A stretch of 42,369 bases of DNA from a virus. Lineage: Duplodnaviria > Caudoviricetes. A program made the position numbers and the translations under genes. A model generated the notes under the pieces. The model saw only the letters and a list, made by a program, of their open reading frames with translations. It did not search any database and was not told the DNA's origin. Shown piece after piece: positions 1 through 7,256 of the stretch. The DNA lies in the IMG/VR virus record IMGVR_UViG_3300045609_000021, positions 1 through 42,369 of that record; one strand, given 5' to 3'. Numbering within the stretch: position 1 is the stretch's first letter; the number at the start of each line of letters is the position of its first letter.

Positions 1-60
1 AAATGCCCGTTGTTTTTGAAAAATGGAAGGTATTTATTGTGTAAATCGAAGGAAAAAAGA

Positions 61-68
61 TAATTTTG
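61..68 (+). promoter_or_regulatory. Bacteroidetes sigma70 -7 box (TAATTTTG) of the tRNA gene
   Basis: Matches the TAnnTTTG consensus 12 nt upstream of the tRNA 5' end. Confidence 0.6.
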
Positions 69-80
69 CACCGTGAACGA

Positions 81-168
81 GGAAAGATGCTCGAGTGGTT
101 GAAGAGGCACGCCTGGAAAGCGTGTAAGCGCCCAAAGTGCTTCCGGGGTTCGAATCCCCGTCTTTCCG
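81..168 (+). tRNA. tRNA-Ser (GGA); probable prophage integration site
   Basis: Acceptor stem GGAAAGA/TCTTTCC, anticodon arm CACGC-CTGGAAA-GCGTG, long variable arm, GGTTCGAATCC T-loop; no encoded CCA. Confidence 0.95.
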
Positions 169-240
169 CGGCCGCAAGGCCGATAAAATGGGCTTTTTGC
201 CTTGAACAAAAAAGCTCAAAAATGAACACTTTTGCACCAT

Positions 241-284
241 AAAACCTGCAAAATTCCTGAAAAACCTGCAAATTATCTGCAAAT
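241..284 (+). repeat. Direct repeats AAAACCTGCAAA(A)TT x2 plus a third CTGCAAA; candidate integrase arm-type sites
   Basis: CTGCAAA at 246, 266 and 277, between the tRNA and the integrase start. Confidence 0.55.
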
Positions 285-1500
285 GATTACCCTACGTCTT
301 TATCTTGATGCTCGCTATGTCGGAGACGGGCAGGACGCTCCCATAAAAATGAGCATAACAAAGCACGGGAGCACCGCGCTTCTTCCCCTCGGTGTTTCAG
401 TGCCCGTATCCTGTTGGGACAAAAAGGCGCAGAAGGTCGTCGGTCATTTGGACAGGGCTTTTCTGAATTCGTTTCTGATGAACCGCACCCTGGACATCCA
501 GCACATGGTTATGGACATGGAGACGAACGGGGAGCTGGCGCATCTTACGGCGACTCAGATTAAAAATAAAATCCAGGACATGCTGGATCCCGACTTCGGG
601 CGTGAACGTCTTTTTATCGTGCGGTTCGAGGGTTACATCCAGTTATGCAAGGCCGATCGGACACGTTCCATCTATCAGGCGACGCTGAACAAGATACTGG
701 CTTTCGACAAGCGCGCCCGGTCTCTCTCCTTCGAGGCCGTCACCAAGGACTGGCTGCAGCGTTTCGATCAGTTCCTTATTCCTTCGTGTCCGTCAACCAA
801 CGCGCGTGCTATTCATCTGCGTAACATACGGTCGGTGTTCAACGACGCAATCGACAATGACATAACGAATGCATATCCGTTCAGGAAGTTTCACATCCGT
901 CTGGAGCCGACCGCGAAACGTGCCGTCTCCGTTGATGTCTTGAGAAACCTGTTCAGTTATCCCGTCGAACCGTTCCAGCGTCGCTACGTGGACGCATTCC
1001 GTCTCATTTTCTGTCTTATAGGCATTAATGTCATCGACCTTCTGGCTGCTGGTCCTTGCGTTGACGGGCGTCTGCAATACAAACGTGCGAAGACGGGACG
1101 TATGTACGATATCAAGGTGGAGCCGGAAGCTATGGAAATAATCGAACATTATCATGGCCATTCCCATCTTGTCTGTTGGGGCGAGCACCTGAAGTCGTAT
1201 CATCATTTCACAATGTCCCTGGACAGAAACCTCCAGTCAATAGGTCCTGTCTCTCATCCGATGGTGAATGGGGTTCCGGTGTTGAAACGTACTTCTGTAT
1301 TTCCGCATCTTACGTCTTATGTCGCAAGGCATTCATGGGCGACTATAGCTGCTTCCCTGGATATACCTCACGAGGTTATCGCCCATGCTCTTGGTCATGG
1401 CGGCTCGTCTGTCACTGATATCTATATTGATTTCGACATGCACAAAGTTGATGAAGCGAACCGACGTGTACTGGACTGGGTGTTTTATGGCAAGAAATAA
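283..1500 (+). CDS. int: Tyrosine recombinase / phage integrase (Bacteroidetes type with arm-binding and SAM-like domains)
   Basis: N-terminal LRLYLD..PIKMSIT arm-type domain, YVARHSWATIA, LGH and C-terminal TDIY motifs; start placed at MITLRLY. Confidence 0.93.
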   Translation: MITLRLYLDARYVGDGQDAPIKMSITKHGSTALLPLGVSVPVSCWDKKAQKVVGHLDRAFLNSFLMNRTLDIQHMVMDMETNGELAHLTATQIKNKIQDMLDPDFGRERLFIVRFEGYIQLCKADRTRSIYQATLNKILAFDKRARSLSFEAVTKDWLQRFDQFLIPSCPSTNARAIHLRNIRSVFNDAIDNDITNAYPFRKFHIRLEPTAKRAVSVDVLRNLFSYPVEPFQRRYVDAFRLIFCLIGINVIDLLAAGPCVDGRLQYKRAKTGRMYDIKVEPEAMEIIEHYHGHSHLVCWGEHLKSYHHFTMSLDRNLQSIGPVSHPMVNGVPVLKRTSVFPHLTSYVARHSWATIAASLDIPHEVIAHALGHGGSSVTDIYIDFDMHKVDEANRRVLDWVFYGKK

Positions 1501-1527
1501 AAAGTGAGGTAAATTTACCTCACTTTT
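1500..1527. terminator. Perfect 28-bp palindrome between convergent genes; likely bidirectional terminator
   Basis: AAAAGTGAGGTAAATTTACCTCACTTTT is its own reverse complement. Confidence 0.7.
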
Positions 1528-1747
1528 CTACAATTACGAGTTTAGTTCCTTCTGGCTGTTTAAACGCTTTTTTGAATAGGCGCAAGCATCTTTGAGGTGG
1601 GTATGCCCATGTGTGATGGGTTTCATCGAATAACATACAATGTCCTGTATTTACCGGTACCATGGTTGATTGACCGCTCATAAAAAACGGGCAAAGTGCA
1701 CAGCTGGTAGGTATATCAAAAAATTCCTTTTCGTTAATCGTTATCAT
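1520..1747 (-). CDS. Small Cys-rich hypothetical protein (CxxC...C...C), possibly metal binding
   Basis: 75-aa ORF overlapping its upstream neighbour; PTSCALCPF, GHC and RC motifs. Confidence 0.6.
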   Translation of the reverse strand: MITINEKEFFDIPTSCALCPFFMSGQSTMVPVNTGHCMLFDETHHTWAYPPQRCLRLFKKAFKQPEGTKLVIVEK

Positions 1748-1919
1748 GTTCTTGTTCGATTTTGTCTTTCCTGATAAGACCGTTTATGTAGAGGTTTTTG
1801 TTAGGTTTGCCATTCATCCACTCGATGAGATCCGGGTCCAGCCTGAAAACTATCGGTTTCTGTCTTCGTCCCTCGCCTCGTTTCCCTCTGGGTGCGTACG
1901 TTACTTTCATTTTTTCCAT
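1734..1919 (-). CDS. Ribbon-helix-helix (BrnA/CopG-like) DNA-binding protein
   Basis: PIVFRLDPDLIEWM...NLYINGLIRK pattern. Confidence 0.6.
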   Translation of the reverse strand: MEKMKVTYAPRGKRGEGRRQKPIVFRLDPDLIEWMNGKPNKNLYINGLIRKDKIEQEHDND

Positions 1920-1930
1920 GTCTTTCCCTC

Positions 1931-2188
1931 CTATTCATTTGCTTCTTCTACCCATTGTAATAGCATTTCTGCCGCTTTGTTGGTCGGCCATGCTTCGTTT
2001 AGCTCCTGAAAGTCCTGTTTTGTGATGTATGTTCCTGCGTCGAATTCAATCGACGTTCCTGTGATTGCGAACGTTACGTCTACCTGGACTCCAATTTCAC
2101 CTTTGTACTCTTTTGCTGTGAATTTTCTAACTGATAGCTGGGCTGTCGCCTGGCATTCTCTTTCTGCTTTTGTAATTTGAATTTTCAT
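1931..2188 (-). CDS. Hypothetical protein
   Basis: 85-aa ORF in a tightly packed operon with an AT-rich leader. Confidence 0.6.
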   Translation of the reverse strand: MKIQITKAERECQATAQLSVRKFTAKEYKGEIGVQVDVTFAITGTSIEFDAGTYITKQDFQELNEAWPTNKAAEMLLQWVEEANE

Positions 2189-2199
2189 AATTGTATGCT

Positions 2200-2460
2200 T
2201 TAGTTTTTAATTTCCCAACCTGTTAATGTCGATTTTCTCAGGATGTCCAGTCCTTTTTCCGTGAGTTCTATGCTGCTGTTGTTGCAGATCATCTTTTTCG
2301 AGTCGTACCATCCGTCCCATTTTGGATGATATGATAATCCGCGTTTCCCTTGTCTGTACCCGAACCTGTCTGTTCCTACAAGTCCTACTCTTTCCAGTTC
2401 TTCCCATGGGCTGTTGTCTCCGCCCCGGTTCAGCATTACTTTTAATTTCTTTGTTTCCAT
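2200..2460 (-). CDS. Hypothetical protein (start METKKLKV)
   Basis: ATG at 2460 after an A-rich leader; avoids overlap with the upstream gene. Confidence 0.55.
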   Translation of the reverse strand: METKKLKVMLNRGGDNSPWEELERVGLVGTDRFGYRQGKRGLSYHPKWDGWYDSKKMICNNSSIELTEKGLDILRKSTLTGWEIKN

Positions 2461-2475
2461 GTTTATGTATTTTGT

Positions 2476-2493
2476 GGGGAAGTTTCCTTCCCC
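2476..2493 (-). other. Intergenic RNA hairpin GGGGAAG-GAAA-CTTCCCC (GNRA loop, no U tail)
   Basis: 7-bp perfect stem in a 38-nt intergenic gap. Confidence 0.5.
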
Positions 2494-2498
2494 GATTA

Positions 2499-2747
2499 TT
2501 ACCATTCTTCTTCTTTGTTCTGTTCGATGTCCCATTCGGCTTCTGGCACGTTAAGTTCGTCTTTTAGGTATGTTACCAAGCAATCTGTTATTGGCTCATC
2601 GTCTTCGTCAGGATCTATGATATCATTTTCGCTCCATGTCCATGTGTTTGATGATGTTCTTTCGAGGACTCCGTTTAAATATCTGTTATCTTCGATTGCG
2701 TTGTCTATTCTCTGTGCCCATCTTAGGCTTGTTGTTAGTGTCATCAT
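2499..2747 (-). CDS. Acidic hypothetical protein (start MMTLTTS)
   Basis: ORF downstream of the -7 box at 2808-2815. Confidence 0.55.
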   Translation of the reverse strand: MMTLTTSLRWAQRIDNAIEDNRYLNGVLERTSSNTWTWSENDIIDPDEDDEPITDCLVTYLKDELNVPEAEWDIEQNKEEEW

Positions 2748-2807
2748 TGTCTTGTTGTTTTGTTGTCCGTTGGTGGCGGGCGTTACCTTTGTTTCTTTTA
2801 TCTGTAG

Positions 2808-2815
2808 CAAAGATA
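2808..2815 (-). promoter_or_regulatory. -7 box TATCTTTG driving the accessory operon 2747-1520
   Basis: TAnnTTTG consensus in an AT-rich intergenic region. Confidence 0.6.
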
Positions 2816-2908
2816 ATCAATATAACGTTAGGTTGTATCACTTATGTAGATAATTAAAGTTATACGGAGCGAACACTAGTTAATTTATTGAGTTATAGTT
2901 AGTTAACG

Positions 2909-2937
2909 AAAAAGGCGGGACTTTTATCCTGCCTTTT
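2909..2937 (-). terminator. Rho-independent terminator ending the late/lysis operon
   Basis: AAAAGGCAGGA-loop-TCCCGCCTTTTT hairpin with T tails on both strands. Confidence 0.65.
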
Positions 2938-2966
2938 GTTGGTGCGATCATGTCGCTCATTAATTC

Positions 2967-2999
2967 TCATTTTTTAGGTGGTCTTTTCTTGCATCCCAT
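2967..2999 (-). CDS. Possible 10-aa basic micro-peptide MGCKKRPPKK
   Basis: ATG preceded by AAAGGAGG; sits between the last lysis gene and the terminator. Confidence 0.35.
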   Translation of the reverse strand: MGCKKRPPKK

Positions 3000-3014
3000 T
3001 GCGGTTTCCTCCTT

Positions 3015-3566
3015 TCAGTTTATTTTTATGTATTGGTTATAAAGAACTGTGCCGTGAGGATTGAAGTTTACTATTTTGATTCCATATCCTTTTGTTCCCC
3101 AACGCCACCATAGGAAATGATGTTTGTACTCACGATATACTATTGCCGTCACGCTATCCCGAACGGAATATTCGAGCATGCTGTCTTCTAGGTTGAACTC
3201 CGCCCAGATATCTTTGTAATGGAAGCAGTTGTTGCGGACATGTACTGTTACCGTGTCATGGATTGACGTAGATGTCGTCTGCTGTGACGATACCTGTTTC
3301 AGTTTCAGTTTCAAATCCTTGATCAGCTGCTTTTCCATGACATCCTTTGACGAACTTTTATCGACCTCGATGATGTTCTGGGTAATTACCTGGACAGAAT
3401 CACGAATCGTATCCTGCTGCATAGGGATGTTGGCATGGGCTAGTTCCACCTGCAGGTCCTTTATTTTGCTCTCGTAGGAGTTTCTTTTTGCCAGTATGTA
3501 AATACCCGCAGAAACGATGAAAGTCCCTACAATGCCCCATATTATTCCTCTGATATAGTTTTTCAT
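3015..3566 (-). CDS. Membrane-anchored lysis accessory protein (spanin-like / DUF6549-like)
   Basis: N-terminal TM helix, coiled coil, C-terminal FLWWRWG motif; follows the endolysin with an ATGA overlap. Confidence 0.6.
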   Translation of the reverse strand: MKNYIRGIIWGIVGTFIVSAGIYILAKRNSYESKIKDLQVELAHANIPMQQDTIRDSVQVITQNIIEVDKSSSKDVMEKQLIKDLKLKLKQVSSQQTTSTSIHDTVTVHVRNNCFHYKDIWAEFNLEDSMLEYSVRDSVTAIVYREYKHHFLWWRWGTKGYGIKIVNFNPHGTVLYNQYIKIN

Positions 3567-4021
3567 TGGCCGATTGATTTATACTCCTCTTTCGCATCGA
3601 ATGAAGGGCATGATTTCACCCACTCGCATGGTTCGATCTTGCCGTCATGATTAAGATCAGGACTGCAATCACGATGCCCTTTAATGACTGCATTCGGATA
3701 TTGTCTCTTTAGTTTGCTTAGCAGAAGAACGAGGGCGTCCTTCTGCTGTATGGTTCTAGTGTCCTTGGACTTTTTCCCGTCAGCCGTCAGACCTCCGATA
3801 TAGCACACTCCGATACTGTCAGCATTATGTCCCTCGCAATGGGCCCCGATAAGCGTTACAGGTCTTCCGTTGTGCACGGTTCCGTCTCGGTACACCACAT
3901 AGTGGTAACCGATTGTGTTGAAACCACGCGCCTTATGCCAGCGTGTTATATCCTCAACTGTGTAGTCTCTGCCCTCTGGCGTGGCACTACAGTGAACAAT
4001 AATTTCAGAAATCTTTCTCAT
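3563..4021 (-). CDS. Endolysin, N-acetylmuramoyl-L-alanine amidase (Amidase_2, T7 lysozyme-like)
   Basis: IIVHCSAT, IGYHY, GAHC.GHN..SIGVCYIGG, GHRD and KSCPSFD motifs; start MRKISEI. Confidence 0.93.
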   Translation of the reverse strand: MRKISEIIVHCSATPEGRDYTVEDITRWHKARGFNTIGYHYVVYRDGTVHNGRPVTLIGAHCEGHNADSIGVCYIGGLTADGKKSKDTRTIQQKDALVLLLSKLKRQYPNAVIKGHRDCSPDLNHDGKIEPCEWVKSCPSFDAKEEYKSIGQ

Positions 4022-4172
4022 CTTCTCCTTCAATTGTCATTTCGTCAATACTCGTCAGATCATATTCCTCCCCATCTTCGACATCGAGCATGTGTCTGAC
4101 ATCCTTAATCGCATCCCGTCGTGTCCCTTCCGTCGTCACATTCAGATGGATGTTGATTGTCATCTTCTCCAT
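4005..4172 (-). CDS. Unannotated 55-aa acidic ORF (MEKMTINIHLNV...EGEDEKDF) bridging holin and endolysin
   Basis: Read manually; below the ORF-track cut-off; fills the gap and overlaps both neighbours. Confidence 0.45.
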   Translation of the reverse strand: MEKMTINIHLNVTTEGTRRDAIKDVRHMLDVEDGEEYDLTSIDEMTIEGEDEKDF

Positions 4173-4716
4173 AGTTATCTACTTTAAGTTCACTAGAAAT
4201 TGTTTCATCAAGAGCCTCGCCAATATCCCGATTCTTATGTTTTAGGATGTTGGCCGCGCTCCGTAATATGAAAGTGGTTACCGACTCTTTAGAAAGGTGC
4301 GTTTCAATGTTGTGCAAAACGAAAACGTGTCCGACAATGCTGCATAAATCAAAGAGGCATCCTGCTCCGAGACCTACAGCAGATGTGATGACATGTGACA
4401 GGCCGAATACAGGTTCCGTTATCGCAAGCCCGATCAGACAACCTGCAAGCAGATATGTAATATAGTCCACGAACTTGTTTAGACTTCGTCTCCCTGCCCT
4501 TGAGAAATGAAATTTTGACCTTTCCATTACTGCCCTGTCGTTAACTTTTTCGGCCTCTTTAAAATGCATTCTGCTTTCTTTTGTACCCCAATAGAAATCT
4601 GCGATTATGAGGAACAGGCAAAGTGCAATCATCCACCGTAAGTCAAACATGGCACGCTGCGCCTCTGCCCACATAATAAGTAAAGCGGAAGAACCGCAAC
4701 CTTTAACTCCATTCAT
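4105..4716 (-). CDS. Phage holin family protein
   Basis: Three hydrophobic segments, LIIADFYWG...SRAGRRSLNKFVDY pattern; upstream of the amidase. Confidence 0.75.
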   Translation of the reverse strand: MNGVKGCGSSALLIMWAEAQRAMFDLRWMIALCLFLIIADFYWGTKESRMHFKEAEKVNDRAVMERSKFHFSRAGRRSLNKFVDYITYLLAGCLIGLAITEPVFGLSHVITSAVGLGAGCLFDLCSIVGHVFVLHNIETHLSKESVTTFILRSAANILKHKNRDIGEALDETISSELKVDNYGEDDNQHPSECDDGRDTTGCD

Positions 4717-4970
4717 AGCGTCATTCTCCTTATTAAAAGTTTAATGCCGAATCCTATCGCAACGCCCGATACGGTAAGACCCCAATCAATCCAATCCCAT
4801 TCGCCACCATAGGAGTGGTCTTTGAACTCCAACGCGCTGGCTATTCCAATGCCTGTGTAGGCAGCGCAATACTCGTCGTCTGAACCAAGTCCTATTGTCA
4901 CACCGCCGGTAAAATGATACCAGCGGTGCGATAGGTCGAACCAATTTCGTATTCTTTCTATTAAACTCAT
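4713..4970 (-). CDS. Small phage membrane protein (start MSLIERIR)
   Basis: LEFKD..YGGEWDWIDWGLTVSG motif; 4-nt start/stop overlaps on both sides. Confidence 0.65.
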   Translation of the reverse strand: MSLIERIRNWFDLSHRWYHFTGGVTIGLGSDDEYCAAYTGIGIASALEFKDHSYGGEWDWIDWGLTVSGVAIGFGIKLLIRRMTL

Positions 4971-5239
4971 AAAATGAATACTAAAACGGTTCCGATGATG
5001 GCACCGATAATCCATGCTGCGACATTCCACCAGCTGAATTTGTCCTCTTGCACGAGGTACACCTTGCGGACGCCTTCGCAGAAGACACCGCAGATAATTC
5101 CGAATACAGCAGAGAACACAACAACGTTGATGGCTGGAGTACCAAGATGTTTTTCTTGCAATGTGTAGAACACTGCGAGAATGATTGCCACAATAGCAAG
5201 TGCCAACTTGCTGTTCATTACTTTCTTTAAAGTTTCCAT
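4967..5239 (-). CDS. Three-TM membrane protein (holin-like)
   Basis: 90 aa with three hydrophobic helices, in the lysis cassette. Confidence 0.65.
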   Translation of the reverse strand: METLKKVMNSKLALAIVAIILAVFYTLQEKHLGTPAINVVVFSAVFGIICGVFCEGVRKVYLVQEDKFSWWNVAAWIIGAIIGTVLVFIL

Positions 5240-5286
5240 AACTCAAAAAATTAAATTAAACATGTATAGGGTTATTATCAACCCTG

Positions 5287-5883
5287 TTAAAGACATATCT
5301 GTGTAGGATAACCTAACTTGTAGTTATAGTCCAGCACCTCGTCAAGGGTGCTAAGATTCGATGTGTTGGACTTATGTTCGGCAGTCTTGTCGTAACAGGC
5401 AGATGCGTACACTTCGAGCGCATATAGCATCTTGATGGCGTTGTCGATTGCGAGCGGAATACAGATGTTCCCCTCCCACAATGTAGTGTCTGTCTTTCCC
5501 GCTTCCTTCTCCGCATTGAATCTGAGCATCAGCCCGACGCGCGTATCTTTGTCCAGCCACAACGTGTTACCGCTAACCGTGAATCCGTCCACGTCATTAC
5601 TCTTATCATATTCCTTTATGAGATTGATAAGATTGGACTTTGCAAATGCCAATATATCAGCATCAGTGAAGGTCGTCTCACCGACTTCCTGCAACTCCGA
5701 CATGAGCGTCTTTATCTCACTTGTAGGAATCGGTTTGTCGGCAAGAGCTGCGGCAAGCAACGACAATGACGGCGACGATATCACGAGCGCGTCCGGTGTG
5801 TCCTTTGTCAGGTTATAATTGATTGTGTAGCACCACTTATGCATGTTGCTATAATAAATTCTGTCTCTGATTACCTGTTTCAT
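5287..5883 (-). CDS. DUF4376-like phage protein (tail fibre assembly-associated)
   Basis: IKEYDKS..V..F......WLDK.TR..L and LE.YA..CYD.TAEHK motifs; ATGA overlap with the RT stop. Confidence 0.7.
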   Translation of the reverse strand: MKQVIRDRIYYSNMHKWCYTINYNLTKDTPDALVISSPSLSLLAAALADKPIPTSEIKTLMSELQEVGETTFTDADILAFAKSNLINLIKEYDKSNDVDGFTVSGNTLWLDKDTRVGLMLRFNAEKEAGKTDTTLWEGNICIPLAIDNAIKMLYALEVYASACYDKTAEHKSNTSNLSTLDEVLDYNYKLGYPTQICL

Positions 5884-7256
5884 AATTTGTATTTCTTTTT
5901 AATTTTAACTACTTTGAAATTTTCTATATAAAAATATCGGTAGAACTCGCTTGGCAATGATGTCACGATGTCGTGCCTTATCCTGTAGCTTCTGGTGTGT
6001 ACTAAAAACCCGAAGTATGAGTTCAGCACATTGGCGATTCGACGTACATCCATTTCATTGAGATTGCCGTGTCTCATCTCGTCGATATATCCGTTAATCT
6101 TGTTGATCATGCGACCGCGCGTTCTGTTGATTATGTGGCACCGATACAAGTGGATATAGACACCTACAAATTTAACTCCGTGCGACACCGGCTGGAAATA
6201 AATTTTATCAGTGTGCATTTCAAGGAAAAGTTTCTTTTTTAGAAAATTTCTCATCAACGGAATCGAATCGAGCAGGAAACGTCTATCGTCACAGATAATT
6301 GTGAAGTCGTCCACGAGCCGTGTGTAACTGTAGTTTTTGCCTCTGAAAAGCACCTCTACAAACTCATCAAAGAAACTCATGTAATATCCGGCGAAAAGTT
6401 GTGTAGTCAAGTTGCCTATCGGACCGCCTTTATTGTCGTCGATGTAGAACATGCTCTTTGATGCTTCAATCTCCTGCCACAAAGACAACGGCGAATTTAT
6501 GACGCAGTCCTTCTCCGGATTGTGCATCACGACAATTTTTGTGAGACGCAGAAGAATATCCTTGAATGCCCCATGGTATTCTTCCGTAATCAAGACATAA
6601 AGCATCGACCACATCACATCCTTTCTGATGTTCATGAAGAAACCTACGATATCACCTTTAAAAAGCCATGCCTCCTTTCGTCCGTTACATGATATTTTCA
6701 TCATTCCGTTCTCAACCGACTTTATCGCCGAAGACGTACCATATCCCTTACGGCACGCATGGCTTACATTCCCCAATTCGATACATCGTATTTCGAATAG
6801 CGGCATGAGTCTTATGCAAATCCAATGATGTATAATTCTGTCTCTCAATGCCGCCGCGAATACCTCACGTAGTTTCGGGAAAAGAACCATGAAGCAAGTC
6901 GAAGTCGTGGGATAATACACGCCTATGTACACCTCGAACGCCAATAATTCGATGTCGTAATATGCAATATCCATGTATTCGATTGCCTGCGGACTTGTAC
7001 GTTTCCCCTTCATACATTCATTGAAGGCCTCGAACATTGAAATTAAAAAGGGTGCCCATCCGCCAAATGCTGTCACAGCACGAACATAGTTACTGTTATA
7101 CTTGTTGTTGTTGTTGACCTGTCCATTGCTGAAATTGAATATCCATGCGTTGTTGGAACTGTTCTCACTTCCATGGGCTTTTGCATCTTCGTAACTCACA
7201 CAGGTTGCGCCTATGTCAGTAAAGCCCCCATTTAAGCGGATTCCTCGGTATCTCAT
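5880..7256 (-). CDS. DGR reverse transcriptase (start 7256, or internal ATG at 7037)
   Basis: REVFAA..RDRIIHH, CRKGYGT, KGDIVGFFMNI, PIGNLTTQLFA, RLVDDF and GVKFVG motifs; adjacent to TR and avd. Confidence 0.95.
   Translation of the reverse strand: MRYRGIRLNGGFTDIGATCVSYEDAKAHGSENSSNNAWIFNFSNGQVNNNNKYNSNYVRAVTAFGGWAPFLISMFEAFNECMKGKRTSPQAIEYMDIAYYDIELLAFEVYIGVYYPTTSTCFMVLFPKLREVFAAALRDRIIHHWICIRLMPLFEIRCIELGNVSHACRKGYGTSSAIKSVENGMMKISCNGRKEAWLFKGDIVGFFMNIRKDVMWSMLYVLITEEYHGAFKDILLRLTKIVVMHNPEKDCVINSPLSLWQEIEASKSMFYIDDNKGGPIGNLTTQLFAGYYMSFFDEFVEVLFRGKNYSYTRLVDDFTIICDDRRFLLDSIPLMRNFLKKKLFLEMHTDKIYFQPVSHGVKFVGVYIHLYRCHIINRTRGRMINKINGYIDEMRHGNLNEMDVRRIANVLNSYFGFLVHTRSYRIRHDIVTSLPSEFYRYFYIENFKVVKIKKKYKL
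7039..7061. repeat. Left arm of a long-range inverted repeat (partner 7624-7645)
   Basis: GAAATTAAAAAGGGTGCCCATCC versus the reverse complement of the partner, GAAATAAAAAAGGGTGCCATCC. Confidence 0.8.
7065..7170 (-). repeat. DGR template repeat (TR)
   Basis: 106-bp ungapped match to 7714-7819; 11 AAC/AAT codons; all 12 mismatches at coding-strand A. Confidence 0.97.

Noticed and set aside
34-282. 82-aa minus-strand ORF
   Set aside because: Antisense to the tRNA gene and att region
4971-5246. 5' half of the 177-aa ORF 4713-5246
   Set aside because: Alternative frame of the 90-aa membrane gene; the real start is ATG 4970
7102-7116. (TTG)5 microsatellite as a slippage or phase-variation tract
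   Set aside because: It is the AAC codon run of the DGR template repeat
5880-7256. RT as a group II intron, retron or Abi RT
   Set aside because: The adjacent TR/VR pair with A-only mismatches and an avd gene identify it as a DGR RT
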